64,000 bases of DNA from Moniliella sp. 'wahieum' (Eukaryota). The DNA lies in assembly GCA_003971905.1 (NCBI GenBank), contig RSEE01000041.1, positions 310,001-374,000 of the forward strand, given 5' to 3'. The position numbers were made by a program, and so were the translations under genes. The notes below the pieces were generated by a model. The model ran no database searches. It was not told the DNA's origin and saw only the letters and a program-made list of their open reading frames with translations. Each line of letters begins with the position of its first letter. Position 1 is the stretch's first letter. This document shows, one piece after another, positions 13,880 to 23,626 of this stretch.

Positions 13880-14814
13880 AGCAAAGGCGAGCACACCCAG
13901 GGGAAGAAGTATGGCTGGGGTGGCGGTGGTGGCGGTGGTAGAAGCACAAGCAAGCAAAGTTGTGTGGGTGGGAAGGAGAAAATGGGCAAATGACCGCCAG
14001 AGCTAACTAACGTCTAGCCGTCAGCGTTCACGTTGCGGCGTAGACAACCTATAGAAAACCCACGGTGTGAGCATGGGCGGGCGTGGGGCAAGACGGGTTA
14101 GGCGTTGAGAGTTTGCAGGTGTGAATCAGTGATGAATATTGCATGCGCGCATTAATCACCACCGTCGGGCGTTTGCGGCCGGCACCCGCGTACCACGTCT
14201 TGCACATGGTGGCGGGTGGTGGCGGGCAAGTGGAGCGAAAGGGTTGTCTGATCTACGTAGCATGCGCAGCCGGCAGCATGTAGCGTGTCGTGTGTGCGCC
14301 CCCTTGGCCAGATTCAAAGAGCGTCGAGCCTCCCCACTGTGGCTGCGCACCAGCATGCCTACGCATCATGCACCACACATCAGCCCTCTGTCGTCTCATT
14401 CTCCTCGTCTCATCGCCCCATCGCCTCATCCATATTCGATCGCAATATCTCATCCCACAGCCCATGGGCCCAGACTGAGGCGCTGGCCAGGCGGCTGCGG
14501 CCGAGGCCTGAGGCGCCGAGGCGAGACGCTGAGACGCTGAGACGCTCTGACGCTGGAGGCCCTAGTAAGTGTTGCCCGAGCCTCGGCAGTGCTCGACTCG
14601 GTGCAAGCCAGCCGCGTGATCGAGTGATCGTGAGGCGGTGACTATGAGCCTCACACGCCTCTCAGGCCTGAGGCCCTGACCTGAGGCTTCCAGGTTCTAG
14701 CTGCTTCAGCTTTTCATTCATGCAAACTCCATGTGAAGTGACTGGTGACCTCATGTCACTGGTACAGCAGGTGAAGCTTGAACTTCCAGTTGAAGCGTGT
14801 GGCGGTGGACATGC

Positions 14815-15031
14815 TGTTGGGACCCGTGGTCCCGTACTTAGGCCAAGGCGCCTCATCACCCTTCACACCCTGATTTGTCCTCCGAAGCCTCCACGTGTAT
14901 ACTCAGGCTTGTCTGAACCCCTGTCTCTAGGTGTGGCACAAGGCTTAGACCTTAACCACCACCATCGCGATTGCATTGCTCTACATTTCCAGAGGTTCTT
15001 CCCCAATCCCTTGGGTTCCTCCGGTCTTACA
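14815..15031 (+). repeat. 5' LTR
   Basis: TGTTGGGACCC...GGTCTTACA, direct repeat of 20151-20367. Confidence 0.97.
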
Positions 15032-15045
15032 GAGTTACAATCCTC
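15032..15045 (+). promoter_or_regulatory. Candidate primer-binding site (GAGTTACAATCCTC), non-canonical
   Basis: Abuts the 5' LTR. It lacks the TGG start expected for priming by a tRNA CCA end. Its reverse complement reads as an anticodon arm, GAGGA-TT-GTA-AC-TC. Confidence 0.55.
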
Positions 15046-15137
15046 TTGACGCTCAGCCCTGAGCCTTCCACTCTTACACTCTTCGGTCCTCCGCTGCCGG
15101 CCCTATCCACAAGCGCTTGCTCGAACTGCGTAAGCTA

Positions 15138-18100
15138 ATGGCAAGCATCATGAGCTCTCAGACTCAGGAGTCTTGGTTCAACTCCTCAACCCCTACTTCA
15201 CCAACTGCCGGAGCAGAAGAGAGCACCACTCCCGTCGGAGTTGACCACGCCTCCCCGCCGCTGACACCATCGCGTGAATCTACCCCTACACCTCAACCCA
15301 CCCCCGTGGGCCCCGACAACACCGCGAACGACGTCGCCACCCTCGCCGACCGCATTCGCAACATGTTCAAATTGTTTCCCGAACACATCACCCTCAAACA
15401 GCTACAGGACACTGGTATCAAGCTTGGGTACAGCGAAAAGACGACCACAGAAGCCATTGTCATGTTATCATGTGAGAATCCACCCAATGCTAGCAAGAAC
15501 GAAGGTGCCTTATCGTCAACTCCGGCCGTCGACGACAACCCGTGGGCTTTGACTCCCGACAAGCTCCTCCGTAGTGCCACTCGCAGCAACGTGCCGTACC
15601 ACGAGCGTTTCCACAACAACAGCTCGTTTTGGTTATGGACCCGGATCTTCCTCCCTCGTATCCAGATTATCCCTGGAGCGCGTGAGCATCTGGAACAGGG
15701 CAAGGCCCTGGACGGGTATAACGCAGAACTGGACGCTCACTTGGCCAACATTCTACTCCCGTGGATAGACTCCGACGTCGTCCAGCAGATCACCGGCGAT
15801 GGCACGCCGGCTCTAGGGTCTGCATACTATCATGCTCTGCGTGATTTGTACGGCACCGTTTCAGACACTGAGATCTGTGATATCCTCATAAAGGTTCTCA
15901 CTCTCAAAATGGGCACCAAGTCGGGCCGCCAATACCTGAATGAGTTCACTGTGGCGGTAACCCAGTACGAGATGACGTCCAAGTCCAAGCTGGACGAGAT
16001 TGGTCTAGCACAGATGCTACGGAAAGGCGTTACTGATCAGGGGTGGTTGCACCTCCATCGTAACAGCAGCTACGCCGAATTGCGCCGAGCAGTGAGCGAA
16101 CTCAAAGGCTCCAACTACGGCAGTACCTCCAGTTCAAGCCCAGCTCCCTCCAGTACGGCCCCTTCGGAAGCCACGTCGCACAGCCAAACAAGCAGTACGG
16201 TGACAGGCCGCGGACGAGGCCGAGGTGGCAGCGGGTACAGAGGAAGTCACCGTGGTGGCCAACGTGGCGGCCACTTTAGCCGGCCGGCTACGACAGCCCA
16301 GACCACCTCATCTGCCCATGCAGTAACCCCTATGGCAGCCACTACACCACCCAAGCCAGCCAACCTCCCTGCGCAACACGATTCAGGTGCGAGACCATCC
16401 GTATTCAATGAACGAAGTGCGTTTATCAATCTTCGTCCACACCGCGAGCCCATAGCAGTGGCAAACGGACAGATCGCATACACTGAAGGCATTGGCACCA
16501 TCTCTATGTACATTCAAACCCAGAACGGAGCCCCTATCCGCATCCACCTACCCGGCAGCTTGTACTGCCCCACCTTCCCGACCAACCTGCTCAGCGCTTA
16601 CCATCTATCTATCGCAGGCATTGGCAGCTGGATCCCTCCAGGTGGCCATGGTCTCTATCTCGGACGACACGGCGAACCTTTTCGTCTCGCCGCCGACTCA
16701 AGCTATTCCCTTACTCTGGCGCCCAATACGACAGCCACAGCCAACAGCGCCACTTCGCTACTCAACCTTGATGCAACCCTGGTCAAGGTGAAAAACGCCC
16801 ACATCCGATGGAATCATGCACCTCTAGATCAACTTTCATCCCTCACGTCGGATGACCCAGCATTCGAACGGGTCAACAGTGGCGACATCGCTTTAGTCCG
16901 GTCCTCGTGGCACTGTGCACCATGCGCATTAAGCAGAGCCACTGCCCCACCCCACGCCACGACTGGACGCCCAATCCGAACCATTCGCCCTTTCTCTCTC
17001 CTCCACCTCGACGTCCTTGACATATCCCGCCAAGGCGGCGGGGTCATACTTACGCCCTTATCATTGTCGACGACTTTACGCGGTATACCTGGACGCTACC
17101 CCTGGTGTCCAAGGGTGATGCCACAGCCGAACTTCAAGCCTTCATCCGGCGCGAGCATCGCCAACATCCCGACCGCCCCCTTCAGACGGTCCGCTCTGAC
17201 AATGCGCCTGAACTCACCACCGCAATGGACGAGTTTTACTGCGAGCTGGGAGTAGTGAGCGAGCGCACCAATCCTGGCGAAAGTGCGTCCAATGGGGTCG
17301 CCGAACGCGCCATAAGATCGATTACGGATCGCGCTCGACTCATGGTAATCGCCAACAGATTGACTCCCGACGAGTGGTGGGAACACAGCTTGTTGGCGGC
17401 CACATATGCACACAACCAGTCGCCGCCGAAAGCACTGGGTGGGGACAGCCGATTTGTCCGGTACCATGGCTTCAAACCCTCCCTTCGCATGCGCGGTTTT
17501 GGCACTCTTGCCTACCTGCACCTATTGCCCAACCAACGCGAGGGCGGCAAACTTGGTCCGCGGGCCGTCCCAGCAATGTTGGTGGGTTACGGGCACGGCC
17601 GCGGTTCGAAGGGGTGGCTCTTTGCCATCCACCAGGACGACGGCCAAGTTGGATTCCGTTGGAAAAAGCCGTCCACCTGGACGCATGTCCCGTACACCAC
17701 CGAATATCCCACGCACTTTCATCTGGACCCCCTTGTCCCTGCTGGTGGCGGAGAGGTGCGGGGGGGCGGAGAAATGGGTGCTGGTGGGGAAGTCAGACAG
17801 CTCCCCACCCCGGCGTGTGCGTTTTGCGATAGATGAACTGACCCGCGATACTAATGGTAAGAAAGACAATGCCCCCCATGGAAAAAGAAAATTAAAAGAA
17901 CGAAAAACAGAGGCACATCGCCCGGCTCAAGCCAACGAAAATGAGAATTCAGAGCCTGGCCCCACTCCCACCAACTCCAACCCCCCACATGTATCCCCCC
18001 AACCTGTTGCATCTGACCCCGCAGGCATGGCACAACGCCAGGCAAAGCAAGCCGAAGAAAATGAAACTATCACAGAAGATGCCGTTGACACTGGCCACCA

Positions 18101-20112
18101 AGTCCTGCTTTCCCCTCCCTCTTCCACTTCCCCTTCCTCTCCCGCCCTATCCCCTCCCCTCTCTCCCCCACCGACACGCTCGCCCCCGTGACCGTGCCCC
18201 TGACCGATACAGCCGTCCCCGCACTCGTGCGTCGCAATCCCGTTCGCCAAGCGCGTATCAACGCTCCACCCCTCGACCTGTCCATTCCAGCCAACGACAA
18301 TTTGCGCGATGGCACCTTTTCCCTGCTCGTCAACAAGGCCCCTAGCATCTTTGGCAACCCGGCCGCCCTCTCCGCCCTAGGAATGCAGGCTTTGGTGAGT
18401 ATTTTCGGACCAGCGCCGGACACATCCATGCTACCTGCTTCGGAGCCAAGCTCGCCCCCCATTGCACTCGCAATCGAATCCGCGGCAAGTGACACCGAGG
18501 TCATACTGACCACCGATGGGGTCCCGGTGGCCCCCAAGAACATCAAGAAGTTGGTGGGTCACCCTGCCTTTGATGGCGTACTCGAGGCAATGCGCCTCGA
18601 GCTTCGGCGTTTTGACGAGCGTGACGTGAAGGAAGTTGTACCCATCCCCCCAGGGATCAAACCCCTTCCCGGCATGTGGGTCATAGGTACTAAGACGGAT
18701 GCGGATGCTAACTTCCTCAAGTACCGTGCCCGCTACGTTGTGGGAGGGCACCGGCAAGTTCCTGGCACATGGGCGAAATCTTTTGCTCCTGCCGTTCGTA
18801 CTGCTGCCGTCAACACGCTAATTGCGTTGGCCGAAGCTGATGGCCTCCACTTATTTTCTGCCGATGTGGAAGCTGCCTACCTCTATGCCGATATCAACGA
18901 GCTCGTCTATGTTCGACCACCCCCTTCTTCCCAGAAGCGCCCGGTCATTGCTGGAGACTCAAGAAAAGTCTCTATGGCCTGCACCAGAGCGGGGCCAACT
19001 TTGGAGATTGGCTCCGCACTTTCCTTTGCGACCGACTCCACTTCACTAGCCTAAAATCAGAGCCTTGCCTGTTCATACGTCGCACCGAACCTCTTGGCCT
19101 GATCCTAATCGCCGTCCACACTGACGACTTTTTGGTCGCGTGTCGGTCCCAAGAAGCGTATGATGAATTCTTAGTGGAATTAAGGCGCAGCATCCAAATT
19201 AAGTCCAACGGCCCCCTACGTTTCCATCTCGGCTGCCAATACGACCGTATCGATGGACGACTGTACATCAGCCAACCCAAATTCATCGCTGAGACGCTTG
19301 CCGCGCATGACATATCACCTCACCGGCCCCGCTACCTTCCAATCGGCCACCAACTTCCGCCTCCCAAGCGACCCGAACACGAAAAGCGTGCCACTCGAGA
19401 CGAGCACCGTGCCTACCGTTCTATTGTCGGATCCAGCTTGTGGGCGGCTCGTATGTCCCGGCCTGATGCCCTCTTTGCGGCTACCTTTTTAGCGCGGTTT
19501 ATGGACGACCCGTCCGCCGCCCACCGACGCGCAGCGGAGGACCTATTACGTTTCTTCGCCGGTACGTCTGACTACTCTTTGTGCCTCACACCCAACCGAT
19601 CTCGCCCTCTACTCGAGCTGCACACCGATGCCTCCTTTGCATCAGACAAGAGCAACTCTCACTCCGTTTCGGGCCATGTTGTTTTTGTTTTCGGTGTGCC
19701 TGTATCCTGGGGCTCCAAGTCCCAAAATCAAGGTGTGAGCAACACAGCAGCATCTGAATACCTAGCCATGGGAGATGGCCTTCGAGATGCTCTATTCATT
19801 CGCAACATACTGTTTGAACTTGGTGTCTGCAAGGCTAATCACCCGATTGAGCTCTTTGTTGACAACACCGCTGCCAAAGCGTTGGCCGAAAAGCTCGGCA
19901 GCCTAGGCAAAATACGGGAGATTGACGTCTCGTACCACGAGGTGCGGGAACGCATCCACCGAGGCGAAATTAAAGTCCACTACACTCCAGGTGCACACCA
20001 TCTCCCTGACTGGTTCACCAAACCTCTTTCTCTTCCCAAGATCATTTCTGCGCGTAACAATTTCGATTTGGCTTTCTTTCTTCGCGCTGATCCCCTTCTT
20101 TTTTTTTGTTGA
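15138..20112 (+). CDS. Copia Gag-Pol polyprotein, interrupted by several 1-nt frameshifts
   Basis: Protease HDSGA; GAG-pre-integrase HIRWNH..CAPC; integrase LLHLDV / VRSDNAPE / NGVAER; RT KYRARYVVGG, DVEAAYL, VHTDDFLV; RNase H HTDASFA, SEYLAM, VDN, DWFTKPL. Confidence 0.93.
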
Positions 20113-20150
20113 TGGCCAACGGGCTCTTTCGTTCCCTTGGCCCGGGGGGG

Positions 20151-20367
20151 TGTTGGGACCCGTGGGTCCCGTACTTAGGCCAAGGCGCCTCATCACCCTT
20201 CACCCCTGATTTGTCCTCCGAAGCCTCCACGTGTATACTCAGGCTTGTCTGAACCCCTGTCTCTAGGTGTGGCACAAGGCTTAGACCTTAACCACCACCA
20301 TCGCGATTGCATTGCTCTACATTTCCAGAGGTTCTTCACCCAATCCCTTGGTTCCTCCGGTCTTACA
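20151..20367 (+). repeat. 3' LTR
   Basis: Near-identical copy of the 5' LTR, preceded by a G7 PPT and followed by the CATGC TSD. Confidence 0.97.
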
Positions 20368-21040
20368 CATGCTGGACAAGTGGACAAAAGACCGTCCCAC
20401 CCATTCGCCCATGCTTTGATCCCATCGCGCTACTGCATGCGTGGGAAATGGGAGACGGTCTCGATGATGGATGATGCCGATGTGGGATGTACAGGGGCAT
20501 GTGCATGATGCATGATTCGGCCTTCGAACGGCGGCCAGGCGGGCTTGCTAGCTCCATGCTACACGAGGAGAGCAGTGGCAGGGGGCGACAGGAGGAGGAT
20601 GTGTGATGCTGCTGGAGATGCAGAAATGTGTGACATGTGATGATCGATCGATGATCGCGGATCGAGAGAACCATTCATTAATCAGCGACAATCGACAACG
20701 GTTGAATTCTTCGTTCTGAACAGTTTGGGATCGCTTGAGCTTGAAGCTTGAAGCAAGCTAGTCCAAGCTTGAGTTGCTTGAGTACCTTGCGCTTCAAACA
20801 AAAAACCACGCCCCCAGCCATGATGCATGATGCATGACGCCAAATACGTGGCGCATGGCGCGTAGCCAGTAATTAAAACAGCGGTTGCTGCGGCGGCTGC
20901 GCCTTGACGATGGTTGGACGTTGGATCTCTCTGGTTCCCGGTGTGGCGGCCACATGCTTCCAAGGGGCTCAATTTTTTCAAGGCCGAAGGCCGAAAGCAT
21001 GGGCGCCCTACGCACGACACCCTTTCGCCAATCATCATTG

Positions 21041-21076
<36 letters not shown>
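21041..21076. repeat. (CAT)12 microsatellite
   Basis: Read directly from the sequence. Confidence 0.95.
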
Positions 21077-21077
<1 letters not shown>

Positions 21078-22377
21078 GACCCCATGTAGCTCCGGTTTGC
21101 CGATATGCAGCGTTTCTTCGTCCCTGTTCAAGTTCTGTACTGGTATGAAAAACTCCAGTAGAAAACTAAGTACTAAGTACTGCCATCAACGCACTGTTGT
21201 GGTTGGCAGAGCAAATTAGGCCTGGGTGCGGTGACCGGTGACCATGGAGTTCACGCCAGATATACTTCTCCTTAGGCCTTACTAGTTACTAATTTTGCGT
21301 TAACGCCATTTACCGGATATACCCGCCGCGTCTTCTGCCGCGTCCAGCCGCCCCTTTTTCTTCACGCTCTCCCATCCAACCCCCAACCCCCTGGCACACA
21401 CAATCGCGGCGCACAGGCACAGCATGCTGGGAAGCCCCTCAATTCAATCCTGCATCCAGAGCTTCATCGAAGATTGTCCCCTCCCTCCATAGTGTGTGGG
21501 TGAATGGCGTGCACTAATGCGACGAATGCATCGTCGGGGACCGGGGCTTGTTGCATGCCATGGTCACATGCCACATGTCACACCGCCACAACGCCTCCCA
21601 ATAGAGCTGAGCTAAATTTCGCCGTGCCTGCCTTCTCGGAGGAGCACCGGCCGCTCCCTCCCCAAAATTCATATGCTCAGCGTCAGCAGTGACTATAGTG
21701 AGGCTCGCTGTATAATACGCGCTCCAACCTAGTCACTGTGTTCACATTGTTCACAACAGAACGGCCTGGTTCATTTCTACAGAAGCGCGGTGGCTGTCGT
21801 TGGTCAGGCGCCCCAGGCTGGGGGGCTGGCAACAGCTCCGGAGCCGCAACGACGGCGGATATATCCCAGGCACCCTTAATAACCTGGCCTAATGCCAAAA
21901 GGCCTAAAAGGCCTAAAAGGCCTAAAATTAAAAGGTCTAACTAGTAAGCCGGTAACTCCCAACTAGCCAAGGCCTAGCAGGGCCCATCTCCCGGTTTTGG
22001 GCCAGCCACGGCAGGCCACGGCTACCCAAATTCCCAAACGCGTCCTTGGCAGAGAGGATACCGCGGTCCCGGCCAATCAAGTCCCCTGTAGACCAGAAAT
22101 TGCACATCAGACAGTAGCGCGGAGCTGTTTTGCGCCCTGGCGTCTGCGGCTTGGCCGTTACCGCGTTACCGGATGCTGGGGCTACCAGAGTACTAGGTAC
22201 TGGCTGGACGGACCCAAAGTGACCTCACCGATGAGACTCATCTCTGAGGTGGCCGGTGCCTGTGAGTGCATGCGAGCGGTGACCGTCACCTGCCACAGAG
22301 TCCAGAGGCTCCCGAGGCTCCAGAGGCCCACGGCGGTCTGTTATCTGACCAGTGACTCACTAGTCAGTGACTAGCGA

Positions 22378-22440
22378 GGTGATCCGGTGACCGGTGACCG
22401 GTGCCGGTGATCATCGATCACGAATGACATGGACATGTGA
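22378..22440. repeat. Period-7 quasi-palindromic micro-array (CCGG-TGA)n with adjoining TCGA and CATG units
   Basis: ggtgatccggtgaccggtgaccggtgccggtgatcatcgatca...gacatgtga. Confidence 0.85.
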
Positions 22441-23580
22441 CAATGATTAAGGAAATTAATGCCAGGCCCCCGGACTCGGCGCAACCAGCAACCTCCAACC
22501 TCCCCCGCAGCACACCCTGGCGCTGAAGCGCTGAAGCACTGAAGCTTGAAGATAACAAAAGGGGCCGGAGAAGTCGGAGAAGCTCATTGAGCTCATCCGT
22601 CACGGTCACTAGTCACTTGGTGCTAACGGACATGCCATCCCGGTGTCCATTGACCGAATAGAAACCATCGACAGTCCACCGGCAAATACTCAGCGGCTCA
22701 GCGCGCTCACCGAGCGCCCATTTGCCACAAAAAAGCTGCATCAGCCATCTGCATCATCAAGCCAATAAGTATTTGCCTTCTTAGGCCTAAGCCTTAGTTA
22801 GGCCTTAGACTACCACTTACCGGTTACCTACCCGAAACCGGGAGTTACCGGCCGGTTACCATCAGCGCCTCAGCCTTTCAATCGTTGCACATTGTGCCCA
22901 GCGCGGCCAGCTCATAAAAACGCCAACAGCAGTGATTAAAATGATCGCAACACAAAGCCCGCAATAGACCACACAACTCTCTGGAATCAGGTACCTTAGT
23001 GGTGCCCGCTCGTCGTCTGGGGATCATGCACATCATGCATCATGTGCATCATGCACGGCGCTCCGCCACATATAATACTTGGGTCGGTCGATGGCCGCAC
23101 TCCTGTTGACACGCTGTGCCTGTGGCGGCGCCAGACTAAACGAATCCGTCAAGCCCACGCAGATGAAGCTGTGGAACTTGTGCATTATGCATTATGCCAC
23201 CTGGCTGTGCCTGTACGTGTGTGACGGTGTGACATACGGCTGCGGTGCAAAAGAGGGGGGGGAGGGGGGCGTGGTCTCATTAGCATTATCCACACCTGCC
23301 CCACACCTCCTGAAGGGAGTGTATATATCCCGTGTGGATACGAGCATGCGCCGCGGCAGTGCGGCTCGCTCTGAATTGATGTCATGACACGCATGATGCG
23401 GAGGGTCTTCAAGCTGGAAGCGCCGTAACATCTAAGATCTAAGAAGGAAGCTTCCGGATTCAATACGTGACGGGCGGTGCGTGACGCCGCGACAAGCGAA
23501 GCCCAGCATATATGACCTCGAAGAGGCTGCAAGGCAATAACGGCACTATTATAAGAGAGAGAGCGATCGCGGCGAGCGGT

Positions 23581-23626
23581 GTTCAACGTGTTCAACGGTT
23601 CAACACGTTCAACGTTCAACGTTCAG
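23581..23626. repeat. Period-7 micro-array (ACGT-TCA)n
   Basis: gttcaacgtgttcaacggttcaacacgttcaacgttcaacgttcag; related copies at about 7996, 26083 and 51133. Confidence 0.9.

Larger units (their letters stand above)
14815..20367 (+). mobile_element. Full-length Ty1/copia LTR retrotransposon
   Basis: Two ~217-bp TG...CA LTRs, perfect 5-bp TSD CATGC (14810-14814 and 20368-20372), domain order gag-PR-IN-RT-RNaseH, and a G7 polypurine tract at 20144-20150. Confidence 0.97.

Noticed and set aside
13980..14810. Short ORFs between the cyclin-like gene and the LTR
   Set aside because: No recognisable motifs; the region is repeat-laden promoter-like DNA
17040..17110. Programmed frameshift in the copia polyprotein
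   Set aside because: The shift falls inside integrase, not at the gag-pol junction, and matches the window-wide indel noise
23581..23626. CRISPR-like GTTCAAC repeats
   Set aside because: Units are 7 bp with no unique spacers, there are no cas genes, and the context is eukaryotic
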